A DNA stretch of 64,000 nt from Patescibacteria group bacterium. GTDB taxonomy: Bacteria > Patescibacteriota > Patescibacteriia > UBA1558 > GWA2-36-10. The position numbers and the translations under genes are program-made. The DNA lies in the NCBI GenBank assembly GCA_028718865.1, contig JAQUKX010000002.1, forward strand, positions 8,047 to 72,046. Reading direction: 5' to 3'. Under the pieces are notes generated by a model. The model had not been told where the DNA came from, made no database searches, and worked only from the letters and a program-made list of their open reading frames with translations. The number at the start of each line of letters is the position of its first letter. Positions within the stretch are counted from its first letter, which is position 1. Of this stretch, positions 18,401 to 28,165 are shown piece after piece.

Positions 18401-18852
18401 GCGCTGACTACTGGCGCCGGATAATTAATACACTCCCCCTGATAATCACCATGACCCTGGTGAGCTGGCCAAGCATTAGTATTAATTGTCATAGTTTGAG
18501 GGTTGCCTGGATTTCCCGGCGGAAAATGACAAATGGTCATATTGTTGCCTTGACCAAAATTCCCAAAAACGGAAAAGAGGCCAAATAACTCTGAGGAATC
18601 ATGATCGTCTAAATCTGAATCCTCTTCTTTCTGATCCTGACTAAGATCAGGCTCGTTATTCTCTGGATTATCGCTGATTTCTTTGGTCAGCTCCAATGGC
18701 AGAGACAACCCTTGCTCTTCTGTTACTTCTCCCAGTTCCTGGGCTTTGGCAACATTAAAGCCGGTATTAAAAGATACCGACGCAAAAGAATTGCCAACAA
18801 CCAAAGACAAGAGAAGAAAAGAAAACAGGCTGTTTTTCAAAACATATCTCAT
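15472..18852 (-). CDS. large secreted surface protein (1126 aa) with two dockerin-like Ca-binding repeats
   Basis: Signal peptide. DINNDGVVNSLDL and DLNNDGYINLTDL repeats. PEDPQDP/Gly-rich linker. Confidence 0.75.
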   Translation of the reverse strand: MRYVLKNSLFSFLLLSLVVGNSFASVSFNTGFNVAKAQELGEVTEEQGLSLPLELTKEISDNPENNEPDLSQDQKEEDSDLDDHDSSELFGLFSVFGNFGQGNNMTICHFPPGNPGNPQTMTINTNAWPAHQGHGDYQGECINYPAPVVSAQFDQNGDVLVSWDISSHNHFYQYKVIVSETDPSPDTLSYPDDGYMPPAITNKNEKSRVVPKSNANYNGGDFGGNLECGQTYYFSVTARYKKNNNHPTTNVPGNTVSLTVQCDEPQVPTTTILAHKIVCDSEEDLPNLSSGANITATTAQQIVDNSDGKCRFQENWEFQWGKNDSLLGLPGNFVGKHVNAGWYDFDTQTGPSGQPAQVQVATEDMPSRLWFREVLQEAYIPFSFPSDEYPSAPGSDVSAEFWCHSDVLNYDNAEWIDIASDTTYYCVAINALKEGEEPEDPTGIKMCKMDTEQNPLSGWQMNLSGANLIVNGGFETPVLASGTWAIYPNASLTSWEVESGDGLEIQNNAAGASHGGNQLAELDSNNSSVIFQNISTVAGEDYNLKFWYSPRPGRPAGDNTIGIEVLAGANLLWGQTIGATAVGGAETDWQLYEANFTAQGATTKIRFADLGTSNSFGGYLDDIEVRMVYSGITGDDGCVLFTDVPYGVYKGTETMQDGWTQVEPNNPSYFMVDYNQENNYHILTFVNEREQGGNPDDPEKPYAPWCSALLGIVSSDILDERYNNVSDINNDGVVNSLDLDLAYQLYLEGNDLNCYQHFENMTSEVKEFYFQCEDPNVGWCGGLEQGINDSFGSVKGDDNYFHVFDLNNDGYINLTDLALFAQLQNDNHACYLHYVPPFPTCTTDPEDPEDPQDPQDPVGPTGGSGGGGSTTPPIISSVLADVSCEATVINWNTNRNSLTWLKYGQSEPLGSESKNSEYNTTHSFTLSGLAFGTTYYYQILSQAQYESGVSSSQIISFATPSAESCGQVLGDKIEGEETIPPQVLGEKTCQPVLHPSGSQGVDKDIIGVFHFPNGTLIRSECDPKMSVYDIRDQQKWHIPTLEYLKKYYSGKRIYNVDYRVMDIYPDWTGQVSGVKEYADGSLLRSPDKKVYLIKEGKKHHISSLEELMKYAGQNIIDVSFEVLAKY

Positions 18853-19052
18853 ATTTTTTAAATAAGCTTAATTAGTTATTATATGTTAATTTTTATTAGT
18901 AAAATAACTATCTATAATAATATATCTTTACAAAAAAGTCAAGCTACTCCTTAAATATCTATAATTTGCCAATAAAAACTAGGATTTAACAGCCTTTTTA
19001 TTTTTGTTTTTATTATGTTAGAAAACAGCTTACACCTAAAATATATAACTAA

Positions 19053-20918
19053 CTAGAAAATTGTCAACAGACCCATCAACAACACAAAAGCCAGTCCAGA
19101 AACAATAGTGGGATAATGCTGTTTTCTGATATGGATAAAAATATTGAGAGTCAAAGCAATAATGCCTAAAATCATCAATAATCTGAAGTAAATAGAGCTC
19201 ACATCAAACAAGGGCTTGATAAACTCCGACTGATTGACGCTCAAAAACATATAATCTTCAAACGGCTTGTTGTCCACTGGCGTGATATTTTCCCAAGATA
19301 TATTCTGAGTCAAGCTATTGCCGGCTATATCGCTGACAGTCAAACTAGGTAAAACTATAGGACTGAAAACTTCTTTATAAGTTTTTCCGCTGATCATAAT
19401 ATTGCCTATCCATCGGCCAGGATAAGAAAAATCCGGTTCCAGATTTATCTGATAATCACTAAAGATAAAAATCGCTTCACTAGCATCCGAGCTCAAATAA
19501 GCCGCTACCTTCACCAATAAATCTTCTCCATTGCCCGGCTGACTGACCAGTACTTGAGTTTTTTGATGATCAATCACTGGCGGCGTTCTATCTATATTAA
19601 TATTATAAACCATGGAAAAAGCGCTTCTGTCGCCGGACCAAGCCTGGACTCTCAATCTATGCTCGCCTTCTGCTAATTCTAATTGACCTGCAAAAACTCC
19701 CGGCTGGCCGGCTGGGACAATCTCCATGATTAACTCACTATCAGAAAATAGCAGTATTTTTTCCGCTCCGGCTGCCAAAACCTGAATAGGCACAATATTT
19801 TCTTTCAAAAAGCCGTTATTGGCCGGGTAAACCAAAACCGGCAAAGGTAAAGCAAGGATAATTTCCTGGGCTGGCTTTTCCTCATAAGTCGGCAATCCAG
19901 GCAAAGATGGCTGACCCCTATAATCAGCTTGATCAACTTGGTCAGCTTGTCCCAAAACTTCATCTACCGGAGCTGGCAAAGACTCAGGCATAGGCTGACT
20001 GACTGTTTCTACGTCTATTTTTGAATTATAATCCTCTGTTTTTGGCGCTGTTGGTTTAGGATCTTCAATAGCTGCTACCACTTGTGAAGGCTGGCCAAAA
20101 TACTGGGCAATCAAAGTAGTGGGGAAACCCTTGTACTCACCGCTCACTACTCCCACTCCTATTTGGGTAAATTCCGGATCAACTATGTTGGCATAATGAG
20201 TCGGAGACTTAACCCAAGCATCTACTACTTTTTGAGGATCATCAAAACCTATGGCCAAATTCTCACCAGCTACCCTAAAAGCATAATTATGACTGAACAA
20301 CCAGTGACGCAAGGATTTATTATCTGGGCCTACATGGGCAAAATATTGATAAACAAGCATGTCTTGAGCCTTGTCCAAAGCCGCCTGAGTCAAAGCCTGA
20401 TTTTCTTCCAAAACCGGCAAACTAGCTTGTGTTCTAATTCCATTGGTCAAGCTGATTATTTTCTGAGCCTGTTGACGCAAAACATCTGGAGAAAACCAAG
20501 CTTGTACTGGAAAAGACAACAAAAAAGCCACCATGACCAATTTTATTACCACCGCGGAAAAAGCGTGAAAAAATAATCTTTTGGGATGTAGAGATTTGGG
20601 TCGGTAATTATTGGACAGGCTAGGAATAAATAAATCCGCCAAAGTACCGGGACCCTTGGGGTTTAAGCCCATTTTGACAGCCAAGCCGTCTGGTATTCCA
20701 TCGCCGGAGCTATCGGGATTATTAGGATCAGTACCGTAAACTTTTACTTCCTGATAATCTCCCAAGCCGTCATTATCTGAGTCGGGATTATAAGGGTCAG
20801 TACCATGAACATAAAGCTCGTCATGATCGCTCAACCCATCAGCATCTGAGTCTAAAAATTTCTTTGCTTCCTTATCTGCTTCGCTATCGTTAAATTTTTT
20901 GTCTTTTTTCTTAGACAT
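19053..20918 (-). CDS. membrane-anchored protein with thrombospondin-type-3-like Asp repeats and a CAP/SCP domain
   Basis: DxDxDG repeats at the N-terminus. CAP-like region (HYANIV...GVGV). C-terminal TM. Confidence 0.75.
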   Translation of the reverse strand: MSKKKDKKFNDSEADKEAKKFLDSDADGLSDHDELYVHGTDPYNPDSDNDGLGDYQEVKVYGTDPNNPDSSGDGIPDGLAVKMGLNPKGPGTLADLFIPSLSNNYRPKSLHPKRLFFHAFSAVVIKLVMVAFLLSFPVQAWFSPDVLRQQAQKIISLTNGIRTQASLPVLEENQALTQAALDKAQDMLVYQYFAHVGPDNKSLRHWLFSHNYAFRVAGENLAIGFDDPQKVVDAWVKSPTHYANIVDPEFTQIGVGVVSGEYKGFPTTLIAQYFGQPSQVVAAIEDPKPTAPKTEDYNSKIDVETVSQPMPESLPAPVDEVLGQADQVDQADYRGQPSLPGLPTYEEKPAQEIILALPLPVLVYPANNGFLKENIVPIQVLAAGAEKILLFSDSELIMEIVPAGQPGVFAGQLELAEGEHRLRVQAWSGDRSAFSMVYNINIDRTPPVIDHQKTQVLVSQPGNGEDLLVKVAAYLSSDASEAIFIFSDYQINLEPDFSYPGRWIGNIMISGKTYKEVFSPIVLPSLTVSDIAGNSLTQNISWENITPVDNKPFEDYMFLSVNQSEFIKPLFDVSSIYFRLLMILGIIALTLNIFIHIRKQHYPTIVSGLAFVLLMGLLTIF

Positions 20919-21024
20919 CTACGCTTTTTAATTTAACATATAATTAAATCACAAATATAAAATATTGTCAAGAGAAACTAATATTTAAAATGAGTCATTT
21001 AATTATACCATATAATACTGATGT

Positions 21025-21246
21025 TTATTCTAATTTTCTTTCTAATTTTTGCCCTTTTGACTTCCTAAGCTCTATTTCCATTATTAACTGTTCAATAGCC
21101 TCATCAATAGTCTGATCCCCCAAGCCTTGTCTTTGCAGACGCAAAAGATGATTGGTGACTTCAGCTAATTCTTCTGGAGTCATTAATTCTGCTGCCTTAT
21201 TTTTTTCTTCCTCTTGCTTAGGTATAAAATTTTTCTGATTTTCCAT
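21025..21246 (-). CDS. small hypothetical protein (73 aa)
   Basis: ORF track only. Confidence 0.45.
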   Translation of the reverse strand: MENQKNFIPKQEEEKNKAAELMTPEELAEVTNHLLRLQRQGLGDQTIDEAIEQLIMEIELRKSKGQKLERKLE

Positions 21247-21388
21247 AAATTTTTTGACAAATTAACAAATTGATATTTTATATTTTCCCATTTTTATTCT
21301 CAAAAGTCAATTTTTCCATAAAACAAAAATACTCCAATAATTAAACTGCAGTACTTTGTCTTTACCCATCCTTTCGAGAAGGGATGGG

Positions 21389-21409
21389 TGGAGCCGTCAC
21401 GCGGGCTTG
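21389..21409 (-). repeat. 21-nt direct duplicate of the tRNA-Thr(GGT) 3' end
   Basis: tggagccgtcacgcgggcttg occurs at about 21389-21409 and again as the 3' end of the intact tRNA at 21482-21502. Confidence 0.6.
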
Positions 21410-21481
21410 TTGAGCGTAGCGAAATCCCACTCTGCGGGAAATCGAATACAAAAAATAATATTATCAAATTCACTAAAGAAA

Positions 21482-21556
<75 letters not shown>

Positions 21557-21817
21557 TGAAAATAAATAATGTTTTAACCCTATACAATGAGCGTGTTTAA
21601 TTGCATTTTATCTACTACTGCCTGTCCTCCTCTGGCGGAAGCTATGACGGCAGACGAAAAACTTATTTTTATTTACTAAACTAAGAAAGTGCCTTTTACT
21701 CTTTGCCTTGCAAACACTTGTCCGCCGAATCCGCCAGCCGGCGGAGAAGACGGGAACTATAACGGCATTAGATGGCACAGCCATCCGAAGCTCTGAGTGT
21801 TAACGAGGAGCGAAAGA

Positions 21818-21903
21818 TGGTGGGCCGGGAGGGATTCGAACCCCCGAAGGCGTATGCCAGCAGATTTACAGTCTGCCCCGGTTGACCACTTCGGTACCGA
21901 CCC
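21818..21903 (-). tRNA. tRNA-Tyr (anticodon GTA), type II long variable arm
   Basis: GGGTCGG acceptor, anticodon arm GCAGA-CTGTAAA-TCTGC, T-loop TTCGAAT, CCA encoded. Confidence 0.85.
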
Positions 21904-21977
21904 ATAAAAATAATGTTTACAAAACTGGCTTAAATAAAAAAAGATTGGCAAGGAAAAACAAACTCTATTAACCTGTT

Positions 21978-22865
21978 TTATTTTAAATTGTCAATTTCCT
22001 CAGCCAGTTCAATGATCTTCTTGTTTTCCGGATTGACTTCTTTCAATCTTTCCAAATATTGACCAGCCAGTTCTTTATCTTGCATTATTATACTAATATT
22101 TATCAAAAAGTCAAGAATTTTAGGATTGTTCGGCGACAAGACCAAAGCTCTTTTGGCTGCATCTAAGGCCTTTTCTCTTTCCTCCAAATCCAGATAAACT
22201 TCGGCTAAAGAAAGAAAATACAAATAATTATCCTGGGAAAGAGAAATTGACTTAAGATAATCCTCCTCGGCTTGCTTGAGATTGCCTCTTTCTTTGGCAA
22301 TATCCGCCAAAGAGGAGTAAATCATAGCATCCTCATTGTGAGTGAGTTTCAATAAATATTCCAGCGTTTCCTTGGCTTGAACATATTCTTTGCGACCGCG
22401 ATAAACTTCAGCCAATAACTTGTAGGAATCAACATGATATTGATCAATGCTCAAAGCATCTAAAAGCAAATCCTCGGCTTGTTGGTATTCTTCTTGGTTT
22501 AGCGCCTGCTTGGCTTGAGTAAGTAGTTGCTCTATGGTTTGCGAGCGGCCGACTGAATTGGCTAGTTTTTCATGACCACGCCGGCGTAGATCTTTTTCCG
22601 CTTTTTTCAATTTCTGATAATACTGCAAAAAATAATCCCCGGCTTTTTCCCGCAGTGGCTCAGATAAATCTTTGATCTTATTGGTCAAATTTTGACCACT
22701 TCTAGCCAAGCGACCGGTTAAAATCGCCTCTTTCTGCTTTCTCAGCTTGGTCTCAGGCAAATTATCAACATTGATATTTTTCAGCTTGGGCAATTTTTTA
22801 AAAACCAGCCAAATAATAAAAGCTGTAGATAAAACCGCTAAAAAAATCAAGATAAAATCTAGCAT
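21978..22865 (-). CDS. TPR-repeat protein with N-terminal TM anchor
   Basis: Repeated 34-aa TPR-like units (AEVY..G.Y..A). Confidence 0.7.
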   Translation of the reverse strand: MLDFILIFLAVLSTAFIIWLVFKKLPKLKNINVDNLPETKLRKQKEAILTGRLARSGQNLTNKIKDLSEPLREKAGDYFLQYYQKLKKAEKDLRRRGHEKLANSVGRSQTIEQLLTQAKQALNQEEYQQAEDLLLDALSIDQYHVDSYKLLAEVYRGRKEYVQAKETLEYLLKLTHNEDAMIYSSLADIAKERGNLKQAEEDYLKSISLSQDNYLYFLSLAEVYLDLEEREKALDAAKRALVLSPNNPKILDFLINISIIMQDKELAGQYLERLKEVNPENKKIIELAEEIDNLK

Positions 22866-22868
22866 ATT

Positions 22869-23738
22869 TTAGGCTTTATTATTACTGCCAAAAATCCTTA
22901 TAGTCTTTGCTACTTCCTTTTGCATGGCCAAGATTGAAGGCTGAAGAATCTGGCGTGGGTCTATCATATCACTTTTTCTACCAATACTGGCCACAAGCGC
23001 CTCTTTAAAGGCTAAGCGCAAATTGGTATCAATATTTATTATGGAAACGCCGTTTTTTATAGCTGCTTTAAATACTTTTGGCGCTAGACCAGAGCCGCCA
23101 TGCAAAACAAGAGGTATTTTAACCAAAGATCTGATTTTCTTCAAGCGCTCTTGATCTACTTTTTCTACTCCCTTGAAACTGCCATGAATAGTGCCGACTG
23201 AAATCGCCAAAGTATCCACCTTGGTTTTTTCCACGAATTCTTTTGCCTGGTAAGGATCAGTCATCAATTCTTCCATATTAATTTTGCCGGTTTGAAGCTT
23301 GATAAGCCCTTCTTTGCCCAAAATTGCTCCCAATTCCGCCTGCACCCAAACTTTTTTCTTATGTCCGTATATAGCAGCCTGCCGGCTCAATCTGACATTG
23401 GTGGCAAAATCTTTTTCCGAAGCATCCATATGAACCGAATTATAGCCGATATCAACGCATTTTTTCACCAAGGCAATATCATGACCATGATCAAGATGAA
23501 TAGCAATGGGCACGCTTTTGCCAATAGTATTGGCAACTGTGCTTATCATATTAAAAATTGTCGGCAAATTGGAATATTCTATGGCTGATTTGGAAGTTTG
23601 AATTATTAGCGGTGATTTTTCCGCTACTGCTGCTCTGACTATTGCCAGAGTTATTTCCAAATTGGAAGTGTTAAAAGCGCCAACTGCATATTTGCCTTTG
23701 CGAGCTTTGTCTATTATTTGTTTTATAGGCACTATCAT
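22869..23738 (-). CDS. fba: fructose-bisphosphate aldolase, class II
   Basis: HLDHG zinc-binding motif and class II FBA architecture. Confidence 0.9.
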   Translation of the reverse strand: MIVPIKQIIDKARKGKYAVGAFNTSNLEITLAIVRAAVAEKSPLIIQTSKSAIEYSNLPTIFNMISTVANTIGKSVPIAIHLDHGHDIALVKKCVDIGYNSVHMDASEKDFATNVRLSRQAAIYGHKKKVWVQAELGAILGKEGLIKLQTGKINMEELMTDPYQAKEFVEKTKVDTLAISVGTIHGSFKGVEKVDQERLKKIRSLVKIPLVLHGGSGLAPKVFKAAIKNGVSIINIDTNLRLAFKEALVASIGRKSDMIDPRQILQPSILAMQKEVAKTIRIFGSNNKA

Positions 23739-23763
23739 GGTATTGATTTTAAAATTATAAAAA

Positions 23764-24513
23764 TTAAGCGTTTTTTAAAAGCTGGATAAAAGAATCGGCT
23801 TTTAAGCTGGCGCCTCCCACCAAAACACCACTCACGTCTTCTATTTTGCTAAAGTCTGCTATAGTTTTTGGACTGACACTACCGCCATAAATTAATAAAT
23901 AATTAATAAAACGAGAGCTTAAAACTTTTTTTATTACTGCAAACATTCTGGCTGCTTCCTGGCTGTCTATCACTTGGCCGCTGCCACTGGTGGAAATAGA
24001 CCAAATAGGCTCATAGGCCAGCAAAAATTTGCCCTTTTTGCCCAAGCTGACTGTTGCCTGCTTGATTTGATTTGCAACCACCTTATCTGATTGGCCTTTT
24101 TTCCTTTCTGCCAGTGTTTCGCCAACACAAATTATTGGAATCATTTTTTCTGCTATCACTGCCTTGGCTTTTTTGTTGATTGTCTGATAATCCTCCCCCA
24201 AAGCTCTTTTTTCCGAATGGCCAACTATCACGTACTGACAACCTGTTGTTTGTAAATTTTTGGGTGAAACTTGGCCAGTAAAAGCCCCTTTTCCCTCGTA
24301 AAAAACATCTTGGGCTCCCAAAGTAATTTTACTTTTTTTCAATATCTTGGATATTTCAGTTATTGCCAAAAAATCCGGACAAAGAATTGCTTGTTTATCA
24401 ACTAAATTTAAGCGACTTATTTTTTTCTTTATTTGTCCAGTCAAAGCCAAAGATTCTTTTAGACTTAAATTCATTTTCCAATTGGCAATGACTATCTTTT
24501 TTTTATTTTTCAT
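23764..24513 (-). CDS. tpiA: triosephosphate isomerase
   Basis: IANWKMN, AYEPIWSI and GGS motifs. Confidence 0.9.
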   Translation of the reverse strand: MKNKKKIVIANWKMNLSLKESLALTGQIKKKISRLNLVDKQAILCPDFLAITEISKILKKSKITLGAQDVFYEGKGAFTGQVSPKNLQTTGCQYVIVGHSEKRALGEDYQTINKKAKAVIAEKMIPIICVGETLAERKKGQSDKVVANQIKQATVSLGKKGKFLLAYEPIWSISTSGSGQVIDSQEAARMFAVIKKVLSSRFINYLLIYGGSVSPKTIADFSKIEDVSGVLVGGASLKADSFIQLLKNA

Positions 24514-25007
24514 AATAAAAATTCAAAAATTTTAAAAAATCCCAAGGATATTAAAGTAACAAAAACCGCTGCCAAGAGCGTGCCTAGAAAAATAAGCAAA
24601 AGTGCCTGTTTTTTTTCAAAGGCAAACAGCCAGGCTGCCAAAGAACCAGTCCAAACTCCAGTCAAAGGCAAAGGTATAGACACGAAAATCAAAAGAGCGA
24701 TTTTGCCCCATAAATAGTATTTTTTATCAAATCTTTTTCTAGTTCTCTCAAAAAGCCAGTTAAAAAATTTATCTCCCCACTTAAAACGCTGAAAATATTG
24801 AGAAACTGGTCCGACAAAATAAATAATCAAAACTGCGGGTATAAAACTGCCAATTACTGACAAGCTAAAAGCCTGCCAAATTGGCAAAGAAAAAGTTTTC
24901 AAAGCAATAGGAATAGAAGCGCGCAGTTCTGTCACCGGCAACATAGCCAAAAGCAAAGTAGCTAGCTGATGATTGAGAGAATAAATCCAGGAAAAATCAA
25001 TGTTCAT
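24510..25007 (-). CDS. small polytopic membrane protein (COG2426-like)
   Basis: 4 TM segments. 4-nt overlap with tpiA. Confidence 0.6.
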   Translation of the reverse strand: MNIDFSWIYSLNHQLATLLLAMLPVTELRASIPIALKTFSLPIWQAFSLSVIGSFIPAVLIIYFVGPVSQYFQRFKWGDKFFNWLFERTRKRFDKKYYLWGKIALLIFVSIPLPLTGVWTGSLAAWLFAFEKKQALLLIFLGTLLAAVFVTLISLGFFKIFEFLL

Positions 25008-25037
25008 ATTATTATTCAGTATAAAACAAAAAATTAT

Positions 25038-25964
25038 TTAACGCCAGCTGTAATTATCAAAAGTCCAGGCTGTCAAAACTTTGAGATCACGGAAACGATC
25101 TTCATTGGCAGCCGACCCTAAAACCACGCTGATAATGGTATTTTTATCTTTATTCTGAGCTTCAGCTACCAAACAATAACCAGCCGCGCCTATATAGCCG
25201 GTTTTGCCGGCCGAAATATCCAAATATCCGCCCAGCAGATGATTGGTAGAATATATTTTTCTCTCCTGTCCTGACAGAGTTTTTAGATCATAAGTGCGGC
25301 GAGACAAAGCATTTTTTATCTCCTGATTGGCAAAAGCTATTTTTGCCAGCTCCAAAACTTCCAAAGCAGTGGAAACATTATTTTCATTGAGACCGGTTAC
25401 TTCCGCAAATTTAGTATTTTTTAGGCCAAAATCAGCGGATTTTTTATTCATCTGAACGACAAATTCTTCTTGGCTAAGGCCAGTGCTCCTAGCCAGAGCT
25501 TTGGCTGAATTATTATCAGAAGAAATTAACGCCAGATAAAATAAATCCCTGACTGTCACTACTTCTCCCCGCAAAAGATCATTACTGGCGCCGACTGTCT
25601 CGTCTTCTCTTGTCATGGTTATAGTTTCATTCCAGCCAGGATTATACTCCAAAAAAACCAAAGCCGTCATCAGTTTGCTGATGCTGGCAATAGGTCGGAC
25701 TGTTTGGGCATTTTTCTGCCACAAGATTATTCCTGTATTTTTATCCATTACTGCTGCCGACTGAGCAGTCATTTTCACTCCCAAAGACAAATTATCTTCT
25801 TTATGGGGGATTTTTTCTTGGCTTGGAGAAATTACTTTTTGAGAAAGCAAAACAACTTCCTGCCCATTTTGCTCCTGAATATTAAAAATAGGCAAATGAT
25901 AATTAGAAACTGTCCCCAGCCCCCAGGAAAAAGCAATGCTAGCTATCAGCAACCAAAAATTCAT
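25038..25964 (-). CDS. dacA: D-alanyl-D-alanine carboxypeptidase (S11, PBP5-like)
   Basis: SxxK (SISKLMT), SxN (SSDNNSA) and KTG (AGKTGYIG) motifs. Confidence 0.85.
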   Translation of the reverse strand: MNFWLLIASIAFSWGLGTVSNYHLPIFNIQEQNGQEVVLLSQKVISPSQEKIPHKEDNLSLGVKMTAQSAAVMDKNTGIILWQKNAQTVRPIASISKLMTALVFLEYNPGWNETITMTREDETVGASNDLLRGEVVTVRDLFYLALISSDNNSAKALARSTGLSQEEFVVQMNKKSADFGLKNTKFAEVTGLNENNVSTALEVLELAKIAFANQEIKNALSRRTYDLKTLSGQERKIYSTNHLLGGYLDISAGKTGYIGAAGYCLVAEAQNKDKNTIISVVLGSAANEDRFRDLKVLTAWTFDNYSWR

Positions 25965-26714
25965 CTTTTTATTTCTTTTTCATTTATCTGAACGTATTTC
26001 CCTTCTGGCAAATTACCTAAAGAAAAATTTCCTTCCTTTATTCTCTTTAAGAAAATAACCCTATAACCTACCTCCGCCAACATTCTTCTTATTTGCCGAT
26101 TAAAACCTTGATGCAACACAATCTCTAGTTCGTTTTTTGCCAATATTTTTACTCTATCCGCTTTAGCTAAACCTTCACTAAGTTTTATCCCTTTTTCCAG
26201 TTTGCTTTTTAAAAAAGCCTCAATTTCTTTATTTACCTTAACTAAATAAGTTTTTTTGGCAAAGAAATTTAGGATGAGTAAGCTGATAAGCAAAATCACC
26301 GTCATTGGTAAGGATTATCAGTCCTTGAGAATCTTTGTCTAGCCGACCGACCGGAAAAACTCGCGTGCTTTTGGGCACTAAAGACAAAATATTTTTGGGA
26401 TTATGAGGGTCTTTGACTGAAGAAACATAACCTTTAGGTTTATTTAGTAGATAATATACTTTTTTATCTACTGCCAAAATTTTCCCGTCTAATTCTATTT
26501 TATCTTGAAGAGAAACTTGACTGGCCAAATTGACGACTATTTTTCCATTTATTTTCACCCGACCCGTTTTGACAATATCTTCGGCTTTGCGACGAGAAGC
26601 AACGCCAGCTTGAGCCAAAAATCTAGCTAAACGCATAGTTTCTATTGATTTTTTATAAACTTTTTTCTCCATCTTTATCAACATTTTCCTCCAGAAGTTT
26701 GCGCAAATTATCAT
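25961..26714 (-). pseudogene. rluB: RsuA/RluB-family pseudouridine synthase with S4 domain, interrupted by a +1 frameshift in a T7 run at about 26251-26257
   Basis: ORFs 26238..26714 and 25961..26305 are the N- and C-terminal halves of one synthase. Removing one T restores HPKFLCQKTYLVKV. Confidence 0.7.
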
Positions 26715-27222
26715 CGCTGTTTAGCTTGTCAAAATCCGGCAACTCGCTCACTGAAGTTAGTCCCAAATGGCGCAAAAATTCCATAGTCACCGAGTAAGTA
26801 GTAGCTAGGCTATTTTTGTCTTCGTTAGCTTCAATATAGCCACGGATAAGCAGATTTCTCAAAATAAGACTGCAATTAACTCCTCTTATTTGCTCCAACT
26901 CTTCCTTGCTAATGGGCTGACGATAAGCAATAATAGTCAAAGCTTCCAAAGACGGCTTGCTCAACTCCCCTTCCAGCTCATCTTTAAAATAATCCCGCAA
27001 AAATTTTCCATTTTTGGGATTAGTGACAAACTGGGCTTTTTGGTTGTTTATTGCCAAATGAATACCGCTATCTTCTTGATTATATTTTTCTTCAATCCTA
27101 GCTAGAAGCTCTTTGGTTTTTTCCAAAGAAATAGCCAAAGTCTTATTTATATTTTCTATACTAATAGGCTTGGCTAAGGCAAAAAACAGACTTTCTAACT
27201 GGGATAATTTTTCTTTGTCCAT
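26653..27222 (-). CDS. scpB: segregation and condensation protein B
   Basis: ScpB wHTH pattern (IAYRQPISKEELEQIRGV). Confidence 0.85.
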   Translation of the reverse strand: MDKEKLSQLESLFFALAKPISIENINKTLAISLEKTKELLARIEEKYNQEDSGIHLAINNQKAQFVTNPKNGKFLRDYFKDELEGELSKPSLEALTIIAYRQPISKEELEQIRGVNCSLILRNLLIRGYIEANEDKNSLATTYSVTMEFLRHLGLTSVSELPDFDKLNSDDNLRKLLEENVDKDGEKSL

Positions 27223-27248
27223 ATTTTATCAATCAAACCAATAAATAT

Positions 27249-27959
27249 TTAAAAATCAATTCCTTTGTTTTTCTCTATACTCAAATCACCAAACAAACTA
27301 TCTTGAGCAATATTTATTTCTCTTTGCTTTACCAGTTCCAGCATAGCCAAAAAACTGACTATTACTTCCATCTTGTCTTTTTTATCCAGCATGGCACTAA
27401 AACTGACTTTACCAAATTTTTTTATTTGTTCTTTTATTTGCTGAATTTTTTCGCCAATAGAAATAGCTTTCTTTATGGCTACCTTGGGCAAATTGACTAC
27501 CCTGTCTATCCGAGCCAAAACTTCCTGAAAAAATTCCTTTAAAAGTTCTAAAGAAATTCCCTGAGGCGGGACAAATTCTTGCTCCAAAGGAGGCTTGTAA
27601 GGTGCCTGGCGGAAAAAAGTTGCTCTGTCACTGAGAAAAATCTGATTTATTTCCTTGCTGGCGTCGTAATATTGGCGATAAATCTTTAGCTGTTTTTCCA
27701 AATCACCAGCATTATCTTCATCAGTCAAGTTCAAATCCGGCAAAAGATGTTTTGATTTGAGATAAATCAGCCGAGAAGCAATCAATAAAAAATCAGCCAC
27801 TTCGGCCGAAGCAATATTTTCTGCCGCGTCAATATAAGCCAAATACTGATCCGTAATTCGCGCCAGCGATATTTCAGTGATTTGAAGCTTGTTTTTTTCT
27901 ATCAACTGCAGCAGAAGATCCAGAGGCCCTTGAAATTGCTCTAAGCTTATTTGGTGCAT
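27249..27959 (-). CDS. scpA: segregation and condensation protein A
   Basis: N-terminal FQGPLDLLLQLI motif. Confidence 0.85.
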   Translation of the reverse strand: MHQISLEQFQGPLDLLLQLIEKNKLQITEISLARITDQYLAYIDAAENIASAEVADFLLIASRLIYLKSKHLLPDLNLTDEDNAGDLEKQLKIYRQYYDASKEINQIFLSDRATFFRQAPYKPPLEQEFVPPQGISLELLKEFFQEVLARIDRVVNLPKVAIKKAISIGEKIQQIKEQIKKFGKVSFSAMLDKKDKMEVIVSFLAMLELVKQREINIAQDSLFGDLSIEKNKGIDF

Positions 27960-27992
27960 TTTTTACCAAAAATAAATAAAAATAACAGGGAT

Positions 27993-28021
27993 ATTATATC
28001 ATTTTTCCCTAATAATTTCAA
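27993..28021 (-). promoter_or_regulatory. sigma70-like promoter (TTGAAA-17-TATAAT) for scpA
   Basis: Read on the minus strand: TTGAAAttattagggaaaaatgaTATAAT. Confidence 0.5.
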
Positions 28022-28030
28022 AATAAAAAG

Positions 28031-28057
28031 AGGGGGCTCCGCGTTGCACGAAGCCCC
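28031..28057 (-). terminator. intrinsic terminator (gggggct/agccccc stem + U-tract) ending the aspS transcript
   Basis: Hairpin followed on the minus strand by CTCTTTTTATTTT. Confidence 0.6.
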
Positions 28058-28165
28058 CGAACCGCTACTGGGAGCATGGACTCCCGAATCTTACTTGTCG
28101 GGTCTAGCCCCGGTAGCGGTCTTTCTCCCTGGGGAGGGAGCTGTGTACGTAAATACCAAATAAAA
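28058..28165 (-). ncRNA. candidate structured GC-rich RNA element in the aspS 3' region (unknown class)
   Basis: 8-bp closing helix accgctac/gtagcggt encloses two local hairpins (gggag/ctccc; cggg/cccg), plus a further ctccct/gggag hairpin. GC well above background. Confidence 0.3.

Noticed and set aside
28058-28165. SRP (4.5S) RNA or tmRNA identity for the structured element 3' of aspS.
   Set aside because: No GGAA/AGCAGCC domain IV motifs and no Ala-type G3:U70 acceptor or resume-codon region. Left as an unknown class.
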